The notes under the pieces were generated by a model. That model made no database searches. It saw nothing but the letters and a program-made list of their open reading frames with translations, and was not told where the DNA came from. DNA of 64,000 nucleotides from a virus, in IMG/VR virus record IMGVR_UViG_3300021138_001972, positions 23,335 through 87,334 of that record. One strand, 5' to 3'. Positions 45,031 through 52,760 of the stretch are shown piece by piece (the stretch's first letter is position 1; each line of letters begins with the position of its first letter). Position numbers and translations under genes: made by a program.

Positions 45031-45039
45031 ATTGGTGTG

Positions 45040-45248
45040 AAGCGGGACTGATAATCCAGCTGTTGATCGCCGAGTGTGGTACATGGGGAAACGTGGTCCT
45101 CGCCGGGCACTATAAACTTCTGGCAAACGGGCGGCCCTGGTGATGGAATCCCTTGTGTGGGACTAAAAACCCAGGTTGATAGACAAGCGCATTGGCCACG
45201 ACGTGGTGATCGATGATGCGCTTCTCTATCCGTTGCGGCAACACAACG
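45040..45248 (+). ncRNA. structured non-coding RNA candidate
   Basis: consecutive hairpins GCCGGG/TCTGGC, CCTGG..TCCC/GGGA..CCAGG, GATAGA..AAGCGCAT/ATGCGCTT..TCTATC; no ORF. Confidence 0.45.
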
Positions 45249-45251
45249 TAT

Positions 45252-45327
45252 GCTCCCATCATCTAGCGGCCTAGGATATCCGCCTTTCACGTGGAACACA
45301 CCGGTTCGAATCCGGTTGGGAGCACCA
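45252..45327 (+). tRNA. tRNA-Glu(TTC)
   Basis: full cloverleaf, TTCGAAT loop, CCA. Confidence 0.95.
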
Positions 45328-45342
45328 TTCTTGGAGACACAC

Positions 45343-45546
45343 ATGCAGGGATATCTGATCATAAACACCAATGAGCAAGGCACGGTGACCACATACACAC
45401 AATTTAACATGGCTGTGTGGACACATGTGATCAACGAGATATTAGAGCAGCGTCCAGATATCTGTTTTGAGCAAAGCGAATCACCAGATCCCAGCGGACG
45501 CTATTGTGGGATAATAGAAACTTTTTGGCGCATAACTCAGTGGTAG
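45343..45546 (+). CDS. hypothetical protein; its stop lies inside tRNA-Ile
   Basis: GGAG RBS, ATG 45343. Confidence 0.45.
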   Translation: MQGYLIINTNEQGTVTTYTQFNMAVWTHVINEILEQRPDICFEQSESPDPSGRYCGIIETFWRITQW

Positions 45547-45600
45547 AGTACTGTCCTGATAAGACAGAAGTCGTTGGTTCAAATCCAACTGTGCCAACCA
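45526..45600 (+). tRNA. tRNA-Ile(GAT)
   Basis: full cloverleaf, CCA. Confidence 0.95.
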
Positions 45601-45653
45601 AGTAAATAGGTTAATTAGTAAACAATACCTATCACGTGCGGGAGGGCACACAC

Positions 45654-45968
45654 ATGAAATACCTAGTACCATTGCTGCTGATCAGCAGCACTGCCGTGGC
45701 AGAAGACAGTGTTTCACGCTGTGCCGGCGCTGACAAGATATTTCCCTATCTGAACCAGCAGTACGGCGAGATAGCATTCGCAGAGTTTCTTGATCCGCAG
45801 AATCACCACATGGTCATGTTGGTGAGCCCCAAGACCAGCACATGGACAGTGCTGATGGAGGAGACCACAGACCACTTCTGCGCAGTGGCAGCTGGCACCA
45901 AATTTGAGCCTGCTGACCAGAAAAAGTTTGAGAAATACCAAGACAAGAAGCCAGAAATACCAGGTTGA
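45654..45968 (+). CDS. small secreted protein
   Basis: signal peptide MKYLVPLLLISSTAVA, two Cys, GGAGG RBS. Confidence 0.7.
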   Translation: MKYLVPLLLISSTAVAEDSVSRCAGADKIFPYLNQQYGEIAFAEFLDPQNHHMVMLVSPKTSTWTVLMEETTDHFCAVAAGTKFEPADQKKFEKYQDKKPEIPG

Positions 45969-45975
45969 TCATCAA

Positions 45976-46182
45976 CGGGAGAGCTGGACGGAAACTCCAG
46001 CTGTGACTCAACGTCGCTGTTGAGCTCCCGCCCAGTTTGAGCTAGCGGTAGAAGGATCACAGCCCGGCCATGACCCGGACATCTGTGTGAACCACGGCGA
46101 TGCTCATCAATCTTGGACCAGCGGTAGAGGCAGCGCAGCGCATGGCTCTGAACCACAGCGGGTGCGCACACGGCTGGTCCAA
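45976..46182 (+). ncRNA. structured RNA candidate(s)
   Basis: three-way junction 45976-46030, then two stem-loops sharing AGCGGTAGA and TGAACCAC. Confidence 0.45.
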
Positions 46183-46190
46183 ACCCAGAT

Positions 46191-46264
46191 GCCGCCTTGG
46201 TTCAATGGTAGAACGCGAGTTTGTGGAACTCGACACAGTGGTTCAATTCCACTAGGCGGTACCA
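46191..46264 (+). tRNA. tRNA-His(GTG), no encoded G-1, A73
   Basis: full cloverleaf, CCA. Confidence 0.95.
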
Positions 46265-46410
46265 ACAAGGCAAGATCCCAGAGGCCCCATAGGCAGCTGT
46301 AGGGGATCGCTGCGCAGGCGGGACGGGGGCCGTGCGTGGGTGAGCACCATTGACGCAGCTCACATAGGCATTATCATGTAAGACATTTTGATAATCAGCA
46401 CAGAGGTAAC

Positions 46411-47019
46411 ATGCCAAATCTAGTTCCAGTGGTAGTAGAAAAGGAAGCCGGCGGCGAACGCAGCTATGACATCTTCAGCAGATTGCTCAAAGATCGCATC
46501 ATCATGTTAGACACAGACGTGAGCGAGCACAGCGCCAGCTTGATCGTGGCCCAGCTGCTGTTCTTGGAGAGCCAAAGCCCCAAGAAAGACATCTACATGT
46601 ACATCAACAGCCCAGGTGGCGTGGTCACAGCTGGCATGGCCATCTATGACACAATGAATTTCATCAAACCAGACGTGTGCACCATAGTCATGGGACAGGC
46701 CTGCAGCATGGGCAGCTTATTAGCCACAGCAGGCGCAGCAGGCAAGCGTTACATGCTGCCCTACGCACGCCACATGATACATCAACCTAGTGGTGGTGCT
46801 CGTGGTCAGGCCACTGACATCCAGATCCAGGCCCGTGAGATACAGAAGATGAAGACTTATCTCACTGAGATCTACGCCAAGCACAACACAGCTGGCAAGA
46901 CCTTTGCAGATCTCAGCGCTGACATGGAACGCGACTTCTTCATGAGCGCAGAAGAAGCGCTGGCCTACGGCTTGATCGACAAGATCATTGCCAACAGAGA
47001 CAGCATCACAGGCGAGTAA
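46411..47019 (+). CDS. clpP: ATP-dependent Clp protease proteolytic subunit
   Basis: [45 protein letters not shown]. Confidence 0.97.
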   Translation: MPNLVPVVVEKEAGGERSYDIFSRLLKDRIIMLDTDVSEHSASLIVAQLLFLESQSPKKDIYMYINSPGGVVTAGMAIYDTMNFIKPDVCTIVMGQACSMGSLLATAGAAGKRYMLPYARHMIHQPSGGARGQATDIQIQAREIQKMKTYLTEIYAKHNTAGKTFADLSADMERDFFMSAEEALAYGLIDKIIANRDSITGE

Positions 47020-47027
47020 AATAGTGG

Positions 47028-47071
47028 TTGACAGCAGCTGTAACCGTGCTATTGTACGGTATAGCTGCTGT
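47028..47071 (+). promoter_or_regulatory. sigma70 promoter embedded in an ~18-bp inverted repeat
   Basis: TTGACA-16-TATTGT within ACAGCAGCTGTAACCGTGC/GTACGGTATAGCTGCTGT. Confidence 0.5.
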
Positions 47072-47099
47072 TTGACATGAAAATCTGAGGTAACGCAAG

Positions 47100-47207
47100 T
47101 TATCTCTTCACAGATACACTGCCCAGACGTGGGGTATGATACATGGATCAGTTGACTCTGATGCCATTATGGTTTGAGTCCATGACAGTGTGTCTTTGAA
47201 GGGATAA
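47100..47207 (+). ncRNA. tRNA-like module closed by a 22-bp stem
   Basis: 47100-47121 pairs with 47186-47207 (two G-U); internal T-arm ATGG-TTTGAGT-CCAT. Confidence 0.5.
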
Positions 47208-47209
47208 TT

Positions 47210-47482
47210 GGGCTCGGCAGAGCCAACGAGGCAAACATGTGGAGCTTCGGCTGACGTAGACGTTGTTGATAATTCTGAAAGTGGATTGACCTATCCTAGG
47301 CCGGTTCTTTCTAACTCAGACGGACTCGACTCTGGAACCAAGCGGAAGGCCACATCAATGGTTGTAGGTGACGATTGGTGATATAGGAACCTTCGGAAAT
47401 TGTGGCAGTATGGCACTGCCGGTGAAGCACCCAGGGAGATGCTGGGACAGCAGATGAGCAATCATCTAACAGAACAAATGCC
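47210..47482 (+). ncRNA. ~270-nt structured RNA candidate
   Basis: many hairpins with TTCG and GCAA tetraloops; no credible ORF. Confidence 0.45.
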
Positions 47483-47490
47483 AAAAGTTT

Positions 47491-47579
47491 GGGACGGCTG
47501 CTCAGACGGCGGATGGGCACGGGGCTGTAAACCTCGCACATAAGAAACGGAGTAGGTTCGAATCCTACCCGTCCCACCA
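47491..47579 (+). tRNA. tRNA-Tyr(GTA)
   Basis: cloverleaf with long variable region, CCA. Confidence 0.93.
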
Positions 47580-47633
47580 AATACCAGACTATCAGTCCGG
47601 CAATTCTGTATAAATAATATACAGGAGATTGAT

Positions 47634-48032
47634 ATGTTTAAGAACAGCAAGAAACAAGGCGATGCTGCATTAGGCCAAGCTATTGCGTATTTCACAATGC
47701 TTGGCTATGATGTTGCGTTGCCGTTAACAGATAGCGCAGATTGGGATCTAATTGTTGAAATGGAAGATGGGCTAAAGAGGATACAAGTAAAGTCATCCTT
47801 CCAACTTAACAAATCGGGTGTGATGATGTTTAATTGTGATGTGAAGGGCGGTAATCAAAGCTTTAACAAGCCCGCCAAGACTATACAGTCACAATGTTGG
47901 GATTTAATCTTTTTACATCATATGGTTACCGGAAAACAAGCATTGATACCTAAAGAAGTCCTCATAACAAAAGGTCAAATCAACTTAGGTAGCACTCAAT
48001 GTAAGTACAAGCAATATTACATAGGTGGTTGA
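47634..48032 (+). CDS. free-standing PD-(D/E)XK endonuclease (group I intron-associated family)
   Basis: GY.V..P..WDLIVE..RIQVKS; AT-rich. Confidence 0.75.
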   Translation: MFKNSKKQGDAALGQAIAYFTMLGYDVALPLTDSADWDLIVEMEDGLKRIQVKSSFQLNKSGVMMFNCDVKGGNQSFNKPAKTIQSQCWDLIFLHHMVTGKQALIPKEVLITKGQINLGSTQCKYKQYYIGG

Positions 48033-48056
48033 TATCGTACCACTCACCAACTACAT

Positions 48057-48134
48057 CGGGGTATAGCGAAGTCTGGCCATCGCGCCTGGTTTGGGACCAG
48101 GAGACCCTCAGTTCGAATCTGAGTACCCCGACCA
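48057..48134 (+). tRNA. tRNA-Pro(TGG)
   Basis: full cloverleaf, CCA. Confidence 0.95.
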
Positions 48135-48138
48135 TGAT

Positions 48139-48319
48139 TCTAGGAGGCAGAGTAGCCATACACGGTCATGCCAAACGGTCACTGCTTACCACCCATCAGG
48201 GTAGAACTAGCACACCCTGGCATGGCGAGGTCGGGTTGCGGGGTGCCGATATGTAGGTCCCGCTTAGAACCTTGGGAACCCGTGCGCTGAAAAGAGGGTC
48301 GACACTCGTCCCTCCTAGA
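48139..48319 (+). ncRNA. ~180-nt structured RNA candidate
   Basis: closing stem TCTAGGAGG/CCTCCTAGA; internal GTCATGCCA/TGGCATGGC and GGGTT/AACCC. Confidence 0.45.
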
Positions 48320-48353
48320 TACCTCTCTATAAATATCTATATGAGGATTAGAT

Positions 48354-48578
48354 ATGAATAAAGAACTTGATGAATATCGTCAGTCAAATTATGATGACAC
48401 ATCATCAAATCCTCACAAGCTGAAAACAGTGATTTCTCCAACTAAACCAGGATCTGGTTGGGTGGAAGTGACACCAGACATTGTAGCAAAATTAGAAATT
48501 TCTACAGTTAATATCAGAAATGCAGTCAAGAAACTCAAAGATATAATGACAAATACCGTTACGTATCCTGCTCATTAG
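48354..48578 (+). CDS. hypothetical protein
   Basis: TATAAATA, GAGG RBS, AT-rich ORF. Confidence 0.55.
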   Translation: MNKELDEYRQSNYDDTSSNPHKLKTVISPTKPGSGWVEVTPDIVAKLEISTVNIRNAVKKLKDIMTNTVTYPAH

Positions 48579-48655
48579 CACCCGTATGCCGCCTGGCTTC
48601 GAACCAGGAGAAAGCTAATGGAATCATGGGGGTTCGAGTCCCTCCGGGTGCGCCA
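48578..48655 (+). tRNA. atypical tRNA-Arg(TCG) without a canonical D-arm
   Basis: intact acceptor, anticodon and T arms with GCCA; only TATGCCG in place of the D-arm; long variable region. Confidence 0.7.
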
Positions 48656-48662
48656 ATGCTCA

Positions 48663-48799
48663 GTTTGTTTCCGCAACGCAACATCGCAGCATACCCTGGG
48701 TAGTAGCTGTGGATTGGTCCAACGGAGAGGACGCTACCCTAACGGGCAGAAGTGCGGGTTCGAATCCCAGCATCACGATGTTGCGCTGCGGAAACAAAC
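48663..48799 (+). ncRNA. degenerate tRNA-like module closed by a 24-bp inverted repeat
   Basis: 48663-48686 vs 48776-48799 (23/24); internal GTCC/GGAC D-like arm and GGG-TTCGAAT-CCC. Confidence 0.55.
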
Positions 48800-48836
48800 G
48801 GTTGACAGCATGTGAAAACGTGCTAATGTGAGACAT

Positions 48837-48911
48837 GGACTGGTAGCCAAGCGGTAAGGCCCGCCTCTCATAAAGGTGTCAGCGTAGGTTCGAATCCTAC
48901 CCGGTCCACCA
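48837..48911 (+). tRNA. tRNA(CAT), Ile2 or elongator Met
   Basis: full cloverleaf, paired 1-72, CCA; sigma70 promoter at 48802. Confidence 0.9.
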
Positions 48912-48920
48912 AAGTTTTAT

Positions 48921-48996
48921 TCTGGTGTAGTCAAATAGTAAGGACAGCACGCTGTTAACGTGTCTCATGTTGGGGCGGAACCAACCACCAGAGCCA
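48921..48996 (+). tRNA. tRNA-Asn(GTT) with non-canonical T-loop
   Basis: cloverleaf, T-loop GGCGGAA, GCCA. Confidence 0.85.
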
Positions 48997-49121
48997 ATTG
49001 GCAAGGGGAACATCCGGGAAGTGCGGCGTGAGTCACGTGTCATGCAACGCGGCCCCTTGCTGTTGATGTTAGAGGGTTGTAGGTGACCTGTATGGACTGG
49101 GAACCTTCGCACAGATATCAC

Positions 49122-49197
49122 GGACCCATAGCTCAATAGGTCGAGCAAGCGGCTTTTAACCGAGAGGTTCCCAGTTCGAGTCTGGGTGGGTCTACCA
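49122..49197 (+). tRNA. tRNA-Lys(TTT)
   Basis: cloverleaf, CCA. Confidence 0.93.
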
Positions 49198-49205
49198 AAC
49201 TTTAT

Positions 49206-49284
49206 GGACCGGTGTCCCGAGCGGCGAAGGGGGCTGACTCTTAATCAGCTAATACCGTGGGTTCGAGTCCCACCCGGTTCACCA
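49206..49284 (+). tRNA. tRNA-Lys(CTT)
   Basis: cloverleaf, CCA. Confidence 0.92.
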
Positions 49285-49329
49285 AACTCGCAGTAGACAA
49301 TCACACAGTCTGCTGTATAATATGAACAT

Positions 49330-49407
49330 GCCCCATTAGCCCAACTGGTTAGAGGTGCTAGACTTAGAATCTAGAGGTTCTCAGTTCGAATCTGAGATGG
49401 GGCACCA
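49330..49407 (+). tRNA. tRNA-Leu(TAG), short variable arm
   Basis: cloverleaf, CCA. Confidence 0.92.
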
Positions 49408-49414
49408 AATTTAT

Positions 49415-49489
49415 GCGAGCGTAGTGTAACGGCGAGCACCACGGCCTCCAACTCCGTTAGTCAGGGTTCGAATCCTTGCGCTCGTGCCA
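49415..49489 (+). tRNA. tRNA-Trp(CCA)
   Basis: cloverleaf, G73, CCA. Confidence 0.92.
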
Positions 49490-49510
49490 TTATTGAGAAA
49501 GGACGCTATC

Positions 49511-49774
49511 ATGACCGACGACGCAAATACCAAACCAGAGTTCAAGATAGTGTTCGCACCAGGCAGCTTTGACGACTTTGAAGGCACTCAGGCTGAGCTT
49601 GACGAGTTGGTAGCTGCTATCACCGAAGAGCTGAGCAGCGGCAATGTTCTGTCAGCTAGCACAGAGATCACTGCTGAAGACTGGGCAGCACTGCCTGATC
49701 ATGTCAGAGATAGCTTGATTGCAGAATTCGAAGCCATCGAGGCTGAGGCTACGACCACCAGGACTCTGCACTAA
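49511..49774 (+). CDS. small acidic hypothetical protein
   Basis: AAGGA RBS, ATG 49511; FAPGSFDDFEGTQAELDEL. Confidence 0.65.
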   Translation: MTDDANTKPEFKIVFAPGSFDDFEGTQAELDELVAAITEELSSGNVLSASTEITAEDWAALPDHVRDSLIAEFEAIEAEATTTRTLH

Positions 49775-49781
49775 ATATCTG

Positions 49782-49937
49782 ATGAAGATAGCAGATTTAT
49801 TGACTGAAAAAAAAGTACAAACCATCAAGAGTGCCACTGGCAAGCACGGTGAGATCAATCGCCGCAAGGCCAAGGCTGCGGTGGATCCGCATAACTATTT
49901 CAAGAACGAGAAAAGCGCTTACCAAAACACAAAGTGA
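49782..49937 (+). CDS. small basic protein with MKIADLLTE leader
   Basis: leaderless ATG after TAAATA. Confidence 0.55.
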   Translation: MKIADLLTEKKVQTIKSATGKHGEINRRKAKAAVDPHNYFKNEKSAYQNTK

Positions 49938-50013
49938 GCCTGCAGGGAGGTGTTGGCCATCTCACCGCTTTCATACGGCGGTCAATCGGGTTCGATGCCT
50001 GATGCAGGCACCA
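49938..50013 (+). tRNA. tRNA-Met(CAT), elongator type
   Basis: cloverleaf, paired acceptor, CCA. Confidence 0.85.
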
Positions 50014-50099
50014 TGCCATCAAGGTTGCAAAGCCAGTCATGCGGCTGTAAATATGTGTAGCATGCGACAGTGCATGCTCAACCCAGGGAGTGCATGAAC

Positions 50100-50177
50100 A
50101 TGGCATGGACCACACCCACGATCTCCGAAGTAACCTGCGGCATGGAAGTAACCAGCTACAGCTCAGCTGAGATCTGA
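50100..50177 (+). CDS. pqqA: pyrroloquinoline quinone precursor peptide PqqA
   Basis: MAWTTPTISEVTCGMEVTSYSSAEI: W..P..E..G.E.x3.Y pattern of alphaproteobacterial PqqA; GGGAG RBS; not in the ORF track. Confidence 0.9.
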   Translation: MAWTTPTISEVTCGMEVTSYSSAEI

Positions 50178-50180
50178 CAC

Positions 50181-50208
50181 AGTTGGGATGGCTGAAGCCA
50201 TCCCAATT
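50181..50208 (+). terminator. hairpin after pqqA
   Basis: AGTTGGGATGGC-TGAA-GCCATCCCAATT. Confidence 0.6.
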
Positions 50209-50220
50209 ATTCCCTAATAG

Positions 50221-50298
50221 ATTGCTTCATTACTAATCTGGTGAAAGCGCCTACCTGAATAGCAGCAGAGTCTGGATCGAAACCAGGAGGTAGCACCA
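50221..50298 (+). pseudogene. degenerate tRNA-Phe(GAA)
   Basis: CT-GAA-TA loop, T-arm and ACCA kept; acceptor, D and anticodon stems mismatched. Confidence 0.55.
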
Positions 50299-50358
50299 TA
50301 CAATGACTAACCTAAATAACAGGGGCATGGGCGGTTCGACTCCGTCCCCAAGCACTAT

Positions 50359-51339
50359 CTATCTGCTGGCTTGCTCTAGCTCTAGCTCAAGTTCTCTGAC
50401 CTTATGCCATAAATCTTCTCGCTGAACAGCGGGCATGATGTGTATGGCTCTGTATAATATCTCTATGTTCTTGCGAGAATATGCTGACACCTTGTCAGCA
50501 TCTATGCTAGATAGGGTTCCGCGATCTGGCAGTGCCATTCCAAAGAAAAGCGCTCGGTAATCCAATACAGTGTAAAGTTCGGTCCTAGCCCCACACCAAG
50601 CTCTGGTGTAGGTGAGATATTCGCTGTTAAAATAACGATTATAATCGCTGAAGTTTATCTCCTTGAGCACATAACTTTCGAAGCTATCAGGGTCAGACGG
50701 ATCACGGTCATGTGCCTTGCAGTCGCAGAAGTAGGATATGCTGAATGGGGTACCATTTAGATCCACTCCGCAGGTATTGTTCTGCGTGAGACCGTTTATG
50801 GCATTTAGATATTCTATGTTATCCAAGACACCATCATAGCGATTGCTGTTGAGCAACTGTAGGAGGTATGCGGTCTTGTATTTGTAATCAGTGGTGAACT
50901 TGTTCTTGTAGACTTCCAACAGCTTGGGTATCCAACAATCCTGTTCTGCTACCGTTATGGATATCAGCTCATCTGTGCTGAAATCAAAAACATGGCTGGT
51001 TATGTAGGGTGGTTCGTGCCCCAGTGCTGAACGCCTCGTTCCCCAGTGTCTTGGGCTCTTGAGCATGCCTACTGCTCTAGCATAAAGTTGGTCAGGATCA
51101 GCTTGGTAATGCACAACACCAGATCGGACAGCGAGACTGTTCTCATCCATCTGTAACCATGGTATGTCAGCAGTCCAGTCATTGCTGGCACTGGGTTCGC
51201 GCCGCCATCCGTCGCCCATCATGCCGCCTATGAAATGGCAACCTGCGCCAGTTGGGCATATCATCGTCGTGCCTACGTGCATCTGCTGATGCTTGAAGTC
51301 TTGCCACAGCCTGTGGTCAGTCATATCTATGATCATCAT
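50359..51339 (-). CDS. hypothetical protein (paralog of 53937-54941)
   Basis: shared P.GA..F.GG.M, HE.PY.TS, YFCDCKA..RDP.DPD.F, DY..LFF motifs. Confidence 0.75.
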   Translation of the reverse strand: MMIIDMTDHRLWQDFKHQQMHVGTTMICPTGAGCHFIGGMMGDGWRREPSASNDWTADIPWLQMDENSLAVRSGVVHYQADPDQLYARAVGMLKSPRHWGTRRSALGHEPPYITSHVFDFSTDELISITVAEQDCWIPKLLEVYKNKFTTDYKYKTAYLLQLLNSNRYDGVLDNIEYLNAINGLTQNNTCGVDLNGTPFSISYFCDCKAHDRDPSDPDSFESYVLKEINFSDYNRYFNSEYLTYTRAWCGARTELYTVLDYRALFFGMALPDRGTLSSIDADKVSAYSRKNIEILYRAIHIMPAVQREDLWHKVRELELELEQASR

Positions 51340-51359
51340 ATAATTTATGGTACAAAACT

Positions 51360-51435
51360 GCGCATGTCGATCTCTGGTGAGATCACCTGTCTGTCTAACA
51401 GGTCAAGGTGGGTTCGATTCCCATCATGCGCGCCA
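51360..51435 (+). tRNA. tRNA-Asp(GTC)
   Basis: cloverleaf, GCCA. Confidence 0.93.
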
Positions 51436-51473
51436 TTTACAATCTCTAGTAGAAGCTATATAATGCTACAGAC

Positions 51474-51547
51474 GGTCTGGTGTCAGAGTGGCTATGTAGA
51501 GGACTGCAAATCCTCCTACGGGGGTTCGATTCCCTCCTAGACCTCCA
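51474..51547 (+). tRNA. tRNA-Cys(GCA)
   Basis: cloverleaf, U73, CCA. Confidence 0.92.
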
Positions 51548-51548
51548 A

Positions 51549-52316
51549 CTAAATCTTGATGGCTTTGACCAATAGGTGCCATCCGAGATATTCCTTGACA
51601 GCAGCACGCATGTCCTCAGGCATGGCGGCAAACCATGGTTCAAGCTCATAACGTCCTGCCTTGTAAGCATCCACGTTGTACATGAAACAGTGGTCCTGCC
51701 GTATGCGCCCGATGGTGAACAGGCCATCCACTAGATCATAGATGTCATCGTGAGTATAGGTCTTGGCATACGGGCATGCAGCTTGCGCTTCGTACTGATC
51801 TAATCCCTTGCGTATCATGGCATATTTCCAGCTGTTTGCCGCATATACCATGAATCGCAGTTCACCTTGGTCAGCCAATACCGCATGTGCATTGGCAATG
51901 ATACCGCGGTCATTGGGGTGATGATGTATGACGCCGCAGCTGTAGACCAGATCAAACTGTCCAAGGTCGCTGAGATCACTGCTGGCATCACGTTGATGGA
52001 ATTCGCCAGGTAGATCAAATACCGCAAAACGATCGCGTGCGACTGCTAGGCTCTGTGCGCTGAGATCGATGCCAACATATTCAGCACCGTGTCGTGCAAA
52101 TTCTTCAGCATCTGCACCTATGCCGCAGCCTATCTCCAGCACGCGCCGTCCCTGCCAATGATGGAAGGCTGCGAAGTCTCTGATGTGAGGTTCCACGAGA
52201 TATCTGCGTGCATTGGCTTCGCGATAGTATTCAGCGGTGCCAATGGGTTTGGTGCTGTGTTTGATGTTGCAGGGCTGTGTGTCCCAGTAACGCTGTATCT
52301 TTTCTATCAAATCCAT
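51549..52316 (-). CDS. class I SAM-dependent methyltransferase
   Basis: VLEIGCGIG, GIDLS, FDLVYSCGVIHH. Confidence 0.9.
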   Translation of the reverse strand: MDLIEKIQRYWDTQPCNIKHSTKPIGTAEYYREANARRYLVEPHIRDFAAFHHWQGRRVLEIGCGIGADAEEFARHGAEYVGIDLSAQSLAVARDRFAVFDLPGEFHQRDASSDLSDLGQFDLVYSCGVIHHHPNDRGIIANAHAVLADQGELRFMVYAANSWKYAMIRKGLDQYEAQAACPYAKTYTHDDIYDLVDGLFTIGRIRQDHCFMYNVDAYKAGRYELEPWFAAMPEDMRAAVKEYLGWHLLVKAIKI

Positions 52317-52337
52317 GTGATACTTACCATGCAAATA

Positions 52338-52412
52338 GGGTGTATAGTTCAGCGGTAGAACACTTGGTCGACATCCAAGTGGTCGTTGGTTCAAGCCCAG
52401 CTACACTACCCA
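52338..52412 (+). tRNA. tRNA-Val(GAC), partly degenerate
   Basis: cloverleaf with C33 and a mismatched 1-72 pair. Confidence 0.65.
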
Positions 52413-52415
52413 ACA

Positions 52416-52760
52416 TCACAGCTGTATGGCTATGCTCTGTTCGTTCACAGGGAGGTCGTGATCTGCATTGTCAGCTTTGCGACGATTTGCTGGACAGTGC
52501 CACACACATACCGCAAAGCTGCCATGTTCCCAGCTGTTTTCTATGCGCTGCATGGCTTGGCTGTGCATGATGCTGTGCGGATCATGCGCCTTGGCATCCA
52601 GCTGATCAAACAGATCGCCCAGGAACTCCCTGGTCTGCGGCAACACCAAGTTGCTAGCACACCAGCAGCAGGGCATGAGATATCCGTCGGATGCCAGATA
52701 GGCTTCCTGCTCAGGTTCGGCACCATCCCTGGATCTGCAGGCAGGATCAACTTGCGGCAT
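52416..52760 (-). CDS. stand-alone SPASM/twitch domain
   Basis: DPAC..DGYLMPCCW..CVWHC; overlaps the upstream radical SAM gene. Confidence 0.65.
   Translation of the reverse strand: MPQVDPACRSRDGAEPEQEAYLASDGYLMPCCWCASNLVLPQTREFLGDLFDQLDAKAHDPHSIMHSQAMQRIENSWEHGSFAVCVWHCPANRRKADNADHDLPVNEQSIAIQL

Noticed and set aside
45252-45327. Possible TCA (Sec/opal) anticodon in CTTTCAC
   Set aside because: The stem register TCCGC/GTGGA places TTC at 34-36, and the body is Glu-type.
47210-47482. RNase P RNA or tmRNA
   Set aside because: ACAGAAC near the end is reminiscent of RNase P, but the GAAAGTCC / CGGCTTA P4 signature is absent. There is no Ala-type acceptor or tag ORF for tmRNA.
50329-50357. Isolated T-arm fragment as half of a split tRNA
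   Set aside because: No matching 5' half or complementary leader was found; it is more likely a deletion remnant.
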